A stretch of 64,000 nucleotides of DNA, from contig OZ244744.1 of NCBI GenBank assembly GCA_965219455.1, positions 4,000,001-4,064,000 of the forward strand. The letters run 5' to 3'. Source of the stretch: Candidatus Latescibacterota bacterium (GTDB taxonomy: Bacteria > Latescibacterota > UBA2968 > GCA-2709665). The notes under the pieces were generated by a model. The model ran no database searches. It was not told the DNA's origin and saw nothing but the letters and a program-made list of their open reading frames with translations. Position numbers and translations under genes: made by a program. Shown piece by piece: positions 47,257 through 57,767 of this stretch (position 1 is its first letter; every line of letters starts with the position of its first letter).

Positions 47257-48000
47257 ATGACCCCGGAACAGAAATATCTCTTCGACCTGCAGGGCTACGT
47301 TGTCATGGAGCAGGTCGTACCACCGGCGCTGGTGGCGGCCTGCAACGCCGCACTGGACCGGTTCGAGACGATGAACCCCTCGGATTACCCCCCGCCGCTG
47401 GTCCTCGGCCAGGAGCGTTCGCCCGAAAACCTCTACATTTCGAACGTCATCGAGGGCGACGACGCGTTGGTTCCGTTGATGGATCTGCCCGAATTGCTGG
47501 GCGCCGTCGCATGCGTCACCGGCGGTCCGTATCGCCTCAACCACACCTACACCATCTATCGGTGGGGTGGCGGCTATACCGGGATGCACATGCACGGTAC
47601 GCCGATCATCCCGAAATGCCAGTACCACTGCCGCAACGGCCAGATGGTGTCAACGCTCACCAAGGCGGTGTTCCCGATGCTCGATTGCGGGCCCGAAGAC
47701 GGCTGCTTCGCGGTGATCCCGGGGGCGCACAAGAGCAATTTCGTGAGGCCATGGGGCAGTCATCCGAATGAGATTCCCCCGTTACGGGCCGTTCCGGCCC
47801 GCGCCGGCGACGTCATTCTGTTTACGGAAGCGCTTACCCACGGGTCCACGGTAAACGTGTCCGGACGTCCACGCCGCAGCCTCTACTACTGCTACAGCAT
47901 CGGCTATATGCCGGATTGGGGCGGACAGCATCTGCGTTTCAGCCCCGGCTTCGCCGACCGCCTCAGCCCGTCCCAACGCGAGATCATATCTCTGAAATAA
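47257..48000 (+). CDS. Phytanoyl-CoA dioxygenase (PhyH)-family protein
   Basis: FDLQGY, IPGAHK, GDVILFTEALTHG, RR; RBS GAGGAGG. Confidence 0.85.
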   Translation: MTPEQKYLFDLQGYVVMEQVVPPALVAACNAALDRFETMNPSDYPPPLVLGQERSPENLYISNVIEGDDALVPLMDLPELLGAVACVTGGPYRLNHTYTIYRWGGGYTGMHMHGTPIIPKCQYHCRNGQMVSTLTKAVFPMLDCGPEDGCFAVIPGAHKSNFVRPWGSHPNEIPPLRAVPARAGDVILFTEALTHGSTVNVSGRPRRSLYYCYSIGYMPDWGGQHLRFSPGFADRLSPSQREIISLK

Positions 48001-48061
48001 AATATCACCAACGTCGTGTGAGGTAAGACGCAAGAAGAACAGCCCGCGTCCATGTTGGATT

Positions 48062-48149
48062 TGTAGGGGCGACCCATGGGTCGCCCTGTCTGCATAAACG
48101 CCGAAAATCGTGGTCGTCGGTTCTTGTAGGGGCGGTTCGCGAACCGCCC
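48062..48149. repeat. Two GTAG-family REPs
   Basis: TGTAGGGGCGACCCATGGGTCGCCC and TGTAGGGGCGGTTCGCGAACCGCCC, between convergent genes. Confidence 0.8.
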
Positions 48150-48218
48150 GGCGGTGTGGCCGCCAGCGGCGCGAGACCCATCATTCGTCTATCTTCGATA
48201 TTCCCGGCCTTCGGCCGT

Positions 48219-48617
48219 TCATCGCCGCCTTTTGTAAACCTTCCCGTGCCCTTCCCGTATCAGGACCTTCGCGAGGTCGGATCCATCCTGCAGCCGGACG
48301 GTCGCCACGACGCGCCCGGAGAAGTTGCCCTGCTTCACGTTTTCGAGGAAAACGGTTTTGCCGATCCGTGACCGGACAAAATCGCGGGCAAGCAACGCGC
48401 GTTTCTTTTCCCTCTTGCTCTTCGTCTGAATCTCCGGCGTATCCACGCCCCGCACGCGTACCTTGCCCCGCCAGGTCAGGCCCGGCCAGAGGGCCACGTC
48501 AACGGTGAACGTATCGCCATCGTAGACGGAAACCACGGTTGCCACATGCCTGGCGTACATCCGCGGTTTCCCTTCGGCTGTCGATAGCAGGGCGAGAAAA
48601 ACGAGAATCCATACCAT
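48219..48617 (-). CDS. Secreted thermonuclease (SNase)-family protein
   Basis: Signal peptide MVWILVFLALLSTA; VYDGDT, VRVRGVDTPE, GRVVA. Confidence 0.85.
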   Translation of the reverse strand: MVWILVFLALLSTAEGKPRMYARHVATVVSVYDGDTFTVDVALWPGLTWRGKVRVRGVDTPEIQTKSKREKKRALLARDFVRSRIGKTVFLENVKQGNFSGRVVATVRLQDGSDLAKVLIREGHGKVYKRRR

Positions 48618-48821
48618 AGCGCGCTCCGGAAGATGGCTTGAGAACTGGAAACACATCAGTATATTGCAATCGTACCTGTCTGTCAACCACCGGTCGAGGC
48701 ACGCTCGTTGGGACGTCTGCGCGATAAAGCAACATTGCTTGCCGGAGCAAGATATCTGTTCGGTTTCCAATGAACACAAGAAATATTGTGATACCAAAAG
48801 ATTTTTTGTATATTGACTGCT

Positions 48822-50327
48822 ATGACCAGAATCCTGATCAGCTGGATCGGCCGGGCCGATCTTCGAGCGCCCACGGAAGATCCGGTCGTCGGCAATGGGC
48901 CGGTCGCGCAGGCGCTCGGCGTGCGCGAATTCGACGCTGTTGTGTTGATAAGCGACTACGCTGAAAACGTGTCGGCGCCGTTTCTCGAATGGCTCCGGCC
49001 GTGGACCCGGGCCACGGTTGCGGTTCGCCACGAGCCGCTTTCAGGCCCCACCGAATTCGGCGAGATTTACGAGGCCGCCGTTCGGGTTGTGACCGGGGCG
49101 CGGGCGAGTCATGGGACGGAAGCGAAACTGACCTTCCATCTCAGTCCCGGCACCCCAGCCATGGCGGCAATCTGGATCATCCTGGCCAAAACGCGTTTTC
49201 CCGCCGAACTGATCGAGTCTTCGCCGGAGGACGGCGTGCGAACGGCGTCTGTGCCGTTCGACATCTCGGCCGAGTTCATCCCCGACCTCCTCCGGGGCCC
49301 GGACAAGCGTCTCGAAAAAGCGACGGCCGGACTCCCGCCGGAGGCGCCGGAATTCGCCGATATCATTCACCGAAGCGCGGCCATGGTCCACGTCATCGCC
49401 AGGGCGCGACGCGTGGCGCCGCGATCGGTGCCGGTTCTCATCCAGGGCGAGTCCGGCACCGGAAAGGAATTGCTGGCACGGGCGATCCACCGGGCAAGTC
49501 CACGGCGGGATCGGTCCTTCCTCGCGGTCAACTGTGGCGCGATACCCGCGGAACTGGTGGAATCCGAACTGTTCGGGCACGAAAAAGGCGCGTTCACGGG
49601 CGCGGATCGGGCGAGGGTCGGCTATTTCGAGGCCGCCGATGGTGGCTCGCTTTTCCTCGACGAAGTCGGCGAACTTTCCATGCTCGCCCAAGTCAAATTT
49701 CTCCGGATTCTCCAGGACGGAAAGGTCCTGGCCGTGGGTTCGAGGTCGCATCGCGACGTGGACGTTAGAATCATCGCAGCAACGAATCGGAGTCTGGCGG
49801 GAGAGGTCGCGGAGGGCCGGTTCAGGGAGGATCTGTTCTACCGTCTGGCCGTGGCGGACCTGAAGCTGCCGGCACTGCGAGAACGTGAGGGCGACCTGAG
49901 CCTTCTAGTGGAACGACTGCTGGAACAGGTCAACGGGGAACACGCGAATCAGCCGGGGTTTGAGCCCAAGAAAATTTCTCCAGGCGCAAGAAATCTTATT
50001 CTCGCGCATCCCTGGCCCGGCAACGTCCGAGAACTCCTGAACACGCTTCACCGGGCAGCGCTGTGGACCTCCGGGTCAACCATCAGGAGCGAAGACGTGC
50101 GGGAGGCGTTGCTGCCCACGGTGAGTCCCGTGGAATCGAAGATCCTCGAACGCCCGCTCGGCGATGACCTTAGCCTGCCGGAACTGATGGCTTCGGTGGC
50201 GCGGCACTACCTTGCGCGGGCACTGGATGAGACACAGGGAAACAAGTCGCGGGCGGCCCGGCTCGTAGGTCTCCCCAGCTACCAGACGTTTACGAATTGG
50301 CTGAAGAAATACGGCGTGGATCGATAA
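48822..50327 (+). CDS. Sigma-54-dependent activator with RtcR/CARF-like N-terminal domain
   Basis: ILISWIG.AD and [11 protein letters not shown]-terminal motifs; [29 protein letters not shown]; C-terminal HTH GNKSRAA. Confidence 0.85.
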   Translation: MTRILISWIGRADLRAPTEDPVVGNGPVAQALGVREFDAVVLISDYAENVSAPFLEWLRPWTRATVAVRHEPLSGPTEFGEIYEAAVRVVTGARASHGTEAKLTFHLSPGTPAMAAIWIILAKTRFPAELIESSPEDGVRTASVPFDISAEFIPDLLRGPDKRLEKATAGLPPEAPEFADIIHRSAAMVHVIARARRVAPRSVPVLIQGESGTGKELLARAIHRASPRRDRSFLAVNCGAIPAELVESELFGHEKGAFTGADRARVGYFEAADGGSLFLDEVGELSMLAQVKFLRILQDGKVLAVGSRSHRDVDVRIIAATNRSLAGEVAEGRFREDLFYRLAVADLKLPALREREGDLSLLVERLLEQVNGEHANQPGFEPKKISPGARNLILAHPWPGNVRELLNTLHRAALWTSGSTIRSEDVREALLPTVSPVESKILERPLGDDLSLPELMASVARHYLARALDETQGNKSRAARLVGLPSYQTFTNWLKKYGVDR

Positions 50328-50501
50328 TCGCGTACCGTCCGTCAGATGGACGATGTTCGCAATATCGAACGAGGGCAATGGGCAGGAACAAAAGCAGGCG
50401 GGTCGTGGCGCACGATCGGTCAACCGCGATCACACGTCAGCAATGAAGAAGGCGGACGAAAGCGTCCGCCATTGTCACAGACACATCAAGCGTACATTTC
50501 C

Positions 50502-51212
50502 ATGAACAACATCGAATGGATCTTTCTGGACCTGGGCTGGACGCTCGTGGATGAAACCCGGGCGCACCGGGCGCGTATCAAGGGTGTGCGTGAACACATC
50601 GCGGGGTTCGGCCTCCAATATACCGTCGACGAACTCATGCGGTTGTGTGAGCAGGCGGCGACGGATTTCGCCCCAAGCCCGTTTCGCGGCATGCTGTCGC
50701 GGCTGAATCTGACCGGTGATCAGATTCGTGGCGTTGACAGTTCCGTACGTTACGAGCACGAAAACGAAGTCCTGTATCCCGGTGTCCCGGAACTTCTCGC
50801 GTCGCTATCCCGCCGATTCAAGCTCGGCATCATCGCCAACCAATCCGAGGGTACCGAAAAGCGACTCGCGCGATGGCGCATCCGGGACCCTTTCTCTCTT
50901 GTCTTCGCGTCCGCCGAGTTTGGCCTTTCGAAGCCCGATCCTGCGGTCTTCCGGAGGGCCATCTCCCTGGCCGGGTGCGCCCCGGAGCGCGCATTGATGG
51001 TTGGCGACCGGCTCGATAACGATATCGGGCCCGCGAAATCTCAGGGGTGGAGGACGATTCGCGTGTTGCAGGGTTTTTCGCGGTTTCAGGCGCCCCGGCG
51101 CCCCGAGGAGATACCCGATGTCACCATCCCGTCAATCCAGGGACTCTCGGACGTCCGGCAGATAGGGCGACCGCACCACAGCCCCGGCGCCACGATTCGA
51201 GGGCCGGTATGA
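50502..51212 (+). CDS. HAD-family hydrolase
   Basis: FLDLGWTL, KPDP, VGDRLDND. Confidence 0.85.
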   Translation: MNNIEWIFLDLGWTLVDETRAHRARIKGVREHIAGFGLQYTVDELMRLCEQAATDFAPSPFRGMLSRLNLTGDQIRGVDSSVRYEHENEVLYPGVPELLASLSRRFKLGIIANQSEGTEKRLARWRIRDPFSLVFASAEFGLSKPDPAVFRRAISLAGCAPERALMVGDRLDNDIGPAKSQGWRTIRVLQGFSRFQAPRRPEEIPDVTIPSIQGLSDVRQIGRPHHSPGATIRGPV

Positions 51213-52369
51213 AGATCATCGGCGCAACCTGCTTCGCCCTCAGGATTCCTTTCGTCGAGGCCTTCGGCCACAGTGCTTCCGTCCGGTCCCGCTCGGACTC
51301 AGTCGTCGTGCGCCTGACGGCCGACGACGGCACGGTGGGCTACGGCGAAGGCCTGCCGCGTCCATACGTGACGGGCGAGACCGTCGAGACCTGCGTCGAT
51401 CATATCGCGAAGTGCCTATGGCCAGCCATCGCGCAATTCGATTTTCCGGCGCTGACACCCGGCCCGGATTCCATCCGCGTCCTGGCCCCGGTGGACCGGG
51501 CATTGACCGATGGCGAAGCCAACGGCGTCGTCGCGTGGCACGCCGCGAGGGCGGCCTGCGAACTCGCCCTGATCGACGTCCTGTTGCAGCATCAGAAACT
51601 GTCTCTGGGAGAGATCCTGCGTCCGAAGCGGGGCGCCGTTACCTACAGCGGCGTGATTTCCGGGGGCTCTGTCGACAACGCGGTGCGGCTCGCGCGGGTC
51701 TGCACGGAATACGGGCTTCAGGCCATCAAGATCAAGATCGACGGTCAAGACGCGTGCGCGCGGGTGGCGGCCGTCCGGAAGGCGGTGGGACCGTCCGTCT
51801 CACTCAGAGTCGACGCGAACTGCGCCTACACGCCTGACGAAGCCGTCGCAACGCTTGCAGCCCTGGCGCCGTATGACATTGCCTGTGCCGAGCAACCCAT
51901 TCCCCGGGGCGCTCCGGCGGCGCTGGCGCACGTCCGGTCACGCTCTCCGATTCCGATCATGGCCGACGAATCGCTCGTGACCGTGGCCGACGCGGAGGCG
52001 CTGATCGCGGCGCGGGCATGCGATTTCTTTAATCTTCGCGTCTCCAAGTGCGGTGGGGTGGTCCGCACGCTGGAGATCGCCCGAATGGCCGTGCTTGCCG
52101 GACTTCGCCTGCAACTGGGTTGTCAGGTGGGGGAATCCGCGATCCTCTCGGCTGCGGGGAGGCACGTGGCCGCTCATCTGGACCGCGTGGCGTTCGTGGA
52201 AGGATCCTACGGAAGCATGTTGCTGGTTGAAGACGTGTCCGAAGAGCCGGTTACGTTCGGCCACGGGGGCAAGGCGCCGCTGCTTCTGGGTCCGGGTCTC
52301 GGTGTCGACGTGCGGGAAGGCGCCCTGCGCGCCCATGCGGAGGCCACGACGATTCTTGGTGAGGGATAG
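51209..52369 (+). CDS. Enolase-superfamily (MLE/dipeptide epimerase-like) enzyme
   Basis: KIK, VDAN, EQP, ADES metal ligands; ATGA overlap with the HAD gene. Confidence 0.85.
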   Translation: MKIIGATCFALRIPFVEAFGHSASVRSRSDSVVVRLTADDGTVGYGEGLPRPYVTGETVETCVDHIAKCLWPAIAQFDFPALTPGPDSIRVLAPVDRALTDGEANGVVAWHAARAACELALIDVLLQHQKLSLGEILRPKRGAVTYSGVISGGSVDNAVRLARVCTEYGLQAIKIKIDGQDACARVAAVRKAVGPSVSLRVDANCAYTPDEAVATLAALAPYDIACAEQPIPRGAPAALAHVRSRSPIPIMADESLVTVADAEALIAARACDFFNLRVSKCGGVVRTLEIARMAVLAGLRLQLGCQVGESAILSAAGRHVAAHLDRVAFVEGSYGSMLLVEDVSEEPVTFGHGGKAPLLLGPGLGVDVREGALRAHAEATTILGEG

Positions 52370-52372
52370 ACC

Positions 52373-54049
52373 ATGGGAAAGCTCGTCAAGACGCTCATTC
52401 GGATGAAGGGATACGGGTTGGCCCGGAAACTCGACCGCGCGGCCGAACGTCCGCAGGCCGCGCAGAACACCTTTCTGCTCCGCCTGATAAAAGCCAACGC
52501 CAACACGGTGTTTGGAAAGGACCATGGTTTCGCCACGATCCGAACGGAAGCCGACTTCCGACGCCAGGTCCCAATCCGGGACTACGAAGGGCTGCGTCCC
52601 TACGTCAACCGGATCATCGCCGGCGAGCAGGCGGTTCTGACCTCGGCCGCCCCCGGTATGCTGAACATGACGAGCGGGACCACGGGCGAACCCAAGTACA
52701 TCCCGGTCACGCCCGAATCCATGCGGCGGGCGTCCAGTTTCTCCCTGGAGTGGATCTATCGTGCGCTTCAGGACCATCCCGCCTTCCTGGATGGCGCATT
52801 TGTCGGCATTGTCAGCCGGGCAATCGAGGGCCGCACCTCCTCCGGACTTCCATACGGCAGCGCGTCCGGGATGCTATACCAGCAAATCCCCGGGCCAATC
52901 CGCAGCACCTATGCCATTCCATACGCCGTTTCAGAGATTAAGGACTACGATCGCCGCTATTTCGTAGCCGCGCGACTGGCGCTTGCCAGGCGGGTTTCGT
53001 ACATTGCGACACCCAATCCCAGTACGCTCATCCGCCTGGCGGAAACCGCAATCAAAAACGAGGAGGCCATTGTTCGCGCGGTTCACGACGGCACGCCCGG
53101 CATCGATCTGCCGGACCAGCCCGAACTTGCGGGACAACTGTCCGCCCTCCTGAAACCGGAGCCGGGCCGCGCAGGGGTCCTCGCGGACGTGGTGAAACGG
53201 ACGGGGACGCTACTTCCCGCGGATTGCTGGCCGGAATTGAAACTCATCGGATGTTGGCTGGGAGGCAGCGTCGGCGTTCAGGCCCGGCGGCTGCCGGAAT
53301 ATTACGGCGACGCACCCATGCGCGACCTGGGCTTTCTGGCCAGCGAAGGACATTTCACCCTTCCGAACCGGGACCACACCGCCTCGGGCATTCTCTCGCT
53401 GAACGGAAATTACTACGAATTTCTCCCCGAGGCATCGCTGGATGACCCGAATCCACCGGTACTGTCCAGCCACCAACTGGAGTCCGGCGTGAACTACGCG
53501 ATTCTACTGACCACCCCCGGCGGTCTTTACCGATACGATATTCACGACATCGTCCAGGTGACCGGGTTCTACCGGAACGCCCCGTTGCTGGCCTTCATCC
53601 GCAAGGGCCGCGACATGACGAGCATCACGGGAGAGAAGATGCATGTGAACCATCTTCTCCTCGCGTTGGAGGAGGTCCGCCGCCGATATGACGTTTCGGT
53701 GGTCGAACAGTTCCGGGTGGTGGCGAATGTGCAGGCGCGCCGGTACGAAATCTATGCGGAGTTCAAGGGGGAGGTTGCGCGGGACCTGCTCAGAGACGAA
53801 GTGATTCCCCATCTGGATCGCGCGCTGGCAGGGGTCAACGTGGAGTATGCCGAGAAGCGACGCTCCCGAAGGCTGGCGCCGCCTTGTCTGCATCTGATGC
53901 GTCCGGGTTGGGCGGAAGACGAGGTTCTGCGCGCAGCGGGCGCAGGAAAGCGGGATATTCAGTACAAGTGGCGGATCCTATGCGCCGAACCCACCGGGGA
54001 GGACGCCGGCGCGATCCTGTACACGCTCGAGGCGGACGAAAAGAGGTAG
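52373..54049 (+). CDS. GH3-family acyl-adenylate/amido synthetase
   Basis: TSGTTGEPKYIP, F.ASEG, GLYRYDIHD, GEK. Confidence 0.88.
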   Translation: MGKLVKTLIRMKGYGLARKLDRAAERPQAAQNTFLLRLIKANANTVFGKDHGFATIRTEADFRRQVPIRDYEGLRPYVNRIIAGEQAVLTSAAPGMLNMTSGTTGEPKYIPVTPESMRRASSFSLEWIYRALQDHPAFLDGAFVGIVSRAIEGRTSSGLPYGSASGMLYQQIPGPIRSTYAIPYAVSEIKDYDRRYFVAARLALARRVSYIATPNPSTLIRLAETAIKNEEAIVRAVHDGTPGIDLPDQPELAGQLSALLKPEPGRAGVLADVVKRTGTLLPADCWPELKLIGCWLGGSVGVQARRLPEYYGDAPMRDLGFLASEGHFTLPNRDHTASGILSLNGNYYEFLPEASLDDPNPPVLSSHQLESGVNYAILLTTPGGLYRYDIHDIVQVTGFYRNAPLLAFIRKGRDMTSITGEKMHVNHLLLALEEVRRRYDVSVVEQFRVVANVQARRYEIYAEFKGEVARDLLRDEVIPHLDRALAGVNVEYAEKRRSRRLAPPCLHLMRPGWAEDEVLRAAGAGKRDIQYKWRILCAEPTGEDAGAILYTLEADEKR

Positions 54050-54163
54050 CGCGGGAGGGGTACGTTTCAGCGGGGCGCCACGCTGGCGACACGATACTTT
54101 CGCCAGCGGCTACACGAAGGTGATCCAGGAAGGGCGGGCGCGTGCGTCGTGGCCGGCTGACTT

Positions 54164-55525
54164 CTACTTGCGCCGGTGCACGGTCATCGGCATCCCGTGG
54201 AGCGGCCACGTCTTCACGTCCATGGATGGTTCAACGGGGTGGCCTGGAACAAGCTGAAGCCGATACTGCCGGGTCACCATCGCCAGAACCAGCGCGGCTT
54301 CGAGCATCGCGAAATTGGCGCCCAGGCAGATCCGGGGTCCCGCGCTGAAGGGCAGGTACGCGTAGCGGGAGCGTCGTTCCGTCTGCTCCGGGGTGAATCG
54401 TTCGGGGTCAAACGTCTCCGGATGCTCCCACAGCGCCGGGTGGCGTTGCGTGATATAGGGACTTACGAGCACGAGCGACCCTGCGAGGATCCGGTAACCG
54501 TCGATCTCGTCGTCGGCAGCGGCCTCACGCACGATCACTTTAATCGGGGGGTAGAGGCGCATCGTTTCCTGGAACACCATTCCGGCGTAGCTAAGCTGTT
54601 GGACAGTCGAAAGATCAGGCGGTTGTCCATTCAGTACCGAATGTTGCTCCTCCCACAGCCTTTCTGCCACCTGCCGATGTTGATCCAGCAGGTACCACGT
54701 CCAGGTGAGCGCGTGCATTGTTGTCTGATATCCCGCAACGAAGAGCGTTACCAGTTCGTCCCGCAGTTGCCGCCGGTCCATGCGTTCGCCCGTTTCCTCG
54801 TCGCGGGCGCACAACAGTACCGAGAGCAGATCCTCCTCCTCAGGATGGCCGCGACGCTCGTCGATTCGCTCGTCGATGTACCGGTGGATGGCGTTCAGGC
54901 ATTGCTTGAACCGGCGATTCGCGGGCGTGGGAACGAACATTGGCAGCGCAATCAAATCGGCGGAACGCCGGTCGATGAACCCGACGCAGTACTGGAACGC
55001 CTCGTCGATCCGCAACGTCTCTTCGTTCAGGTCCCTGCTGAACAGGAGACGAACGATGATGTTCCCCGTGAGGCGCGCCATCTCCTCGTCGACCTGAATC
55101 ACGCGTCCGCAATCCGCGAGAGGCTCCCATCGCGCAAGCATGTCGCGGATCGCGTTCACCATCACGTTCATGAACCGCATTGTGCCCCTGGGCGTGAAGA
55201 ACGGCTGCATGATCCGGTGCTGGCGCTCCCAGAGTTCTCCCTCGCTCGTTATCAGACCCTCGCCCAGCAGGAGCTTCTGGTCTTCGTAACCATAGCCTTT
55301 GAAATAGGTGCGCCTCCTGCGCACGAGCACGTGTTCGACGTGCTCCGGCCGGGTGACGAGGTGCACCGTCTTGCCCCTGATGTCGAGCCGGACGACGTCG
55401 CCGTACCTGGACCAGGCGTCCATCAGGTACCCGATCGGATCCTTACGGAACGGAAGGACGCAGCCCAGAAGCGGGAGCCCGCGTGGCCCGGGGGCGTGTG
55501 TCCTGACGGCGGTCGGATCACGCAT
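54164..55525 (-). CDS. Cytochrome P450
   Basis: Heme motif FSAGPRICLG, ETMR, PERF. Confidence 0.93.
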   Translation of the reverse strand: MRDPTAVRTHAPGPRGLPLLGCVLPFRKDPIGYLMDAWSRYGDVVRLDIRGKTVHLVTRPEHVEHVLVRRRRTYFKGYGYEDQKLLLGEGLITSEGELWERQHRIMQPFFTPRGTMRFMNVMVNAIRDMLARWEPLADCGRVIQVDEEMARLTGNIIVRLLFSRDLNEETLRIDEAFQYCVGFIDRRSADLIALPMFVPTPANRRFKQCLNAIHRYIDERIDERRGHPEEEDLLSVLLCARDEETGERMDRRQLRDELVTLFVAGYQTTMHALTWTWYLLDQHRQVAERLWEEQHSVLNGQPPDLSTVQQLSYAGMVFQETMRLYPPIKVIVREAAADDEIDGYRILAGSLVLVSPYITQRHPALWEHPETFDPERFTPEQTERRSRYAYLPFSAGPRICLGANFAMLEAALVLAMVTRQYRLQLVPGHPVEPSMDVKTWPLHGMPMTVHRRK

Positions 55526-55603
55526 GATCTATTCGACCCTCGTGCAAGCTGCTCTGGCGGGGTACCGGTCTTCGATCCTGCCCATCCCCTGTGTCCACCG
55601 GGA

Positions 55604-56878
55604 TCACTTGGGAATTCCGGACGTCAGAATACGGGGGTTCGCGGCGGTGATGAGCACGTTGTCCTCAATGCGGACGCCGCCGACGGCCCGCCATGCCTCC
55701 AGTGCGTCCCAGTTGACCATTTCGTCAAAGCGTTCGCGTCGCTCGGGGTCGTCGAGCAAGGCGGGCACGAAGTAAATGCCGGGCTCGACGGTCATCAGGA
55801 ATTTTGCCTCCAGGGGCAGGTCCACGCGCATCCGGATACCGCAATAGACGCCGACCTCGCGCCCGGGCGCCAGGCCGCCGACATCCCGGACGCCAAGGCC
55901 GACCATGTGGCCGACGCCGTGGGGCAGGAAGAGAGAAATGGCGCCGCTGTCGAGGAGGTCGTCCGGATTTCCTCCCAGAATGCCCAGGTCCCGGAGACCC
56001 AGGGCGATCACACCGGCCGCGGCACAGTGTACTTCGTGCCACTCGACGCCTTCCCGGCACGCGGAAATGGCCTCCAGTTGAGCGGCAAGGACAAGGTCGT
56101 AGATGGCTTGCTGTCTGGGCGTGAAACGGTCTCCGGCGGGATAGGTGCGGGTGACGTCGGCCGCATAGCCTGAGATGGCCGCGCCAGCGTCGATGAGTAC
56201 CAGGTCGTCAGGTTCCACAATCCGGGCGCCGGGTTCGAAGTGGAGCACGGCCGCGTGGGTTCCCGCCCCGACGATGGTGTCGAAGGCGACGTCGTCGGCG
56301 CCGTGCCGGTACATTTCGGCTTCGAGTTCAACGCGGATGCGGCGTTCGCTGACGCCCGGACGGATGGTTTCGCGGGCTCTCGCGTGGCCGGCCGCGGTTG
56401 CTGCGGCCGCGCGTTTGATCAGGTCGATTTCGGCGCCGTCCTTGCGGCGGCGGGTTTCGTCGAGGGACGTCTGTAGCGTCGCCGCCCGTTGGAGATCGCT
56501 TTCTACATTGTCCACCGCGGCGCCAATAACCGCGACGGGGCGGCCTGAGCGTTGTTCCAGCCAGCCCGGGAGTTTGGCGACGTCCTCGCCTTCGACCGTT
56601 TCGACGCCGCCTTCCCACAGTCGTTCGTTCTGTGAAACCGGACGCACGAAGTGTTTCCAGCCATCCTGTGGATCGTAGACGAGCACGCCGCCCCAACGTC
56701 TCGAACCGGTGAGCCAGTAGTATTCGGGATAGGGGATGAACGGATAGGTCTGGTCCTGCCCCCCGGGAATTTGAACGGGATTCCCGGCTCCGAAGAGCAC
56801 GATCGGCGGTTCGTTTCCGAAGGCGCGGGAAGCGCGCAGCCGCCGGGGTTCCAGCACGTCGTTTTCAAAAACGGTCAT
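55604..56878 (-). CDS. Xaa-Pro aminopeptidase (M24B)
   Basis: IDAG, ADVTRT, HGVGH, VEPG.Y, RIEDN. Confidence 0.9.
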   Translation of the reverse strand: MTVFENDVLEPRRLRASRAFGNEPPIVLFGAGNPVQIPGGQDQTYPFIPYPEYYWLTGSRRWGGVLVYDPQDGWKHFVRPVSQNERLWEGGVETVEGEDVAKLPGWLEQRSGRPVAVIGAAVDNVESDLQRAATLQTSLDETRRRKDGAEIDLIKRAAAATAAGHARARETIRPGVSERRIRVELEAEMYRHGADDVAFDTIVGAGTHAAVLHFEPGARIVEPDDLVLIDAGAAISGYAADVTRTYPAGDRFTPRQQAIYDLVLAAQLEAISACREGVEWHEVHCAAAGVIALGLRDLGILGGNPDDLLDSGAISLFLPHGVGHMVGLGVRDVGGLAPGREVGVYCGIRMRVDLPLEAKFLMTVEPGIYFVPALLDDPERRERFDEMVNWDALEAWRAVGGVRIEDNVLITAANPRILTSGIPK

Positions 56879-56887
56879 GATATTTTC

Positions 56888-57664
56888 TCAGTTCACATTC
56901 GCGGATGCGGATTCGCGTTTGAAGATCAGGTTCTGAACGATGCCTTCCGTGTAGTCGACCGGGCTGGCGTTGGCGAGTGTGAATCCCCGTTTGAAGAAGG
57001 CCGTTTCGATTTTTCGGGCCATGTCATCGAACATGTAGACTTCGATAAGCACGGTTTTCAGCCTGGTATCTTCAAGCGTTCGGGATGCGCCGGCGACGAT
57101 CCTGTCTTCGATGCCGTCGACGTCGATTTTCACGTGGTTGGGAAACGGCAGGCCGAATCGACCGGTGAGATCGTCCAGCGACACGGCCACCGTCCCCTGG
57201 CGGTTCTGCGGCGCGAAGCGCACGGCGCCCTGCGTAACGGGTTCGCCCAGCGCATGGAGCGCGGCTCCCGGGGCGAAGGTCTTGGAGTAGAAGTGCTGGA
57301 TGGCCGTGAGATCCGATACGGCGATGGGATAGGCCGTGACAACCTCTCCAAGGTCGTTGAGCAGGATGTTCCTGTTCAATTTGGCCTGGTTCAGGGCTTC
57401 AGGTTCAAAGGCGAGGATCCGAGCCCGGCCCTCCAGTTTGCGAGCCGCATAAAGGGCGTATTGGCCGATATTCGCGCCAATGTCGTAGATCGTCTCGCCG
57501 GGCCGGAAACTGGTGTCGATCCAGTCCAGTGTATCGGGCTCTTTCTCATTGAACGTATTCGCCCGCCAGAGTTCGTGGTTGCGCGAGCCTTCGCTCCCAC
57601 CGTCTGCTTCAACGTCGATGAGGATGGCTTGTTCCCGCACGTTGCAGGTAATGGTTGTGCTCAA
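56888..57664 (-). CDS. FkbM-family methyltransferase
   Basis: YDIGANIG, AFEP, KIDVDG; TTG start with AAGGA RBS chosen, start uncertain. Confidence 0.85.
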   Translation of the reverse strand: MSTTITCNVREQAILIDVEADGGSEGSRNHELWRANTFNEKEPDTLDWIDTSFRPGETIYDIGANIGQYALYAARKLEGRARILAFEPEALNQAKLNRNILLNDLGEVVTAYPIAVSDLTAIQHFYSKTFAPGAALHALGEPVTQGAVRFAPQNRQGTVAVSLDDLTGRFGLPFPNHVKIDVDGIEDRIVAGASRTLEDTRLKTVLIEVYMFDDMARKIETAFFKRGFTLANASPVDYTEGIVQNLIFKRESASANVN

Positions 57665-57767
57665 ATCCGAATCCTTTGCGAATACTGGCAAGACCGGCCA
57701 AGTGTGTAAAGATACTCTGTGAATGGCATTATGATAAGGAATCCAACCGATTATGCAAGGAGCGCGT

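Noticed and set aside
48696-48750. Sigma-54 -24/-12 promoters near the activator
   Set aside because: AGGCACGCTCGTTGG lacks the -12 GC, and the minus-strand candidate has 11-nt rather than 10-nt GG-GC spacing.
48618-49031. Long N-terminal extension of the thermonuclease ORF
   Set aside because: Overlaps the divergent activator; the signal peptide begins at ATG 48617.
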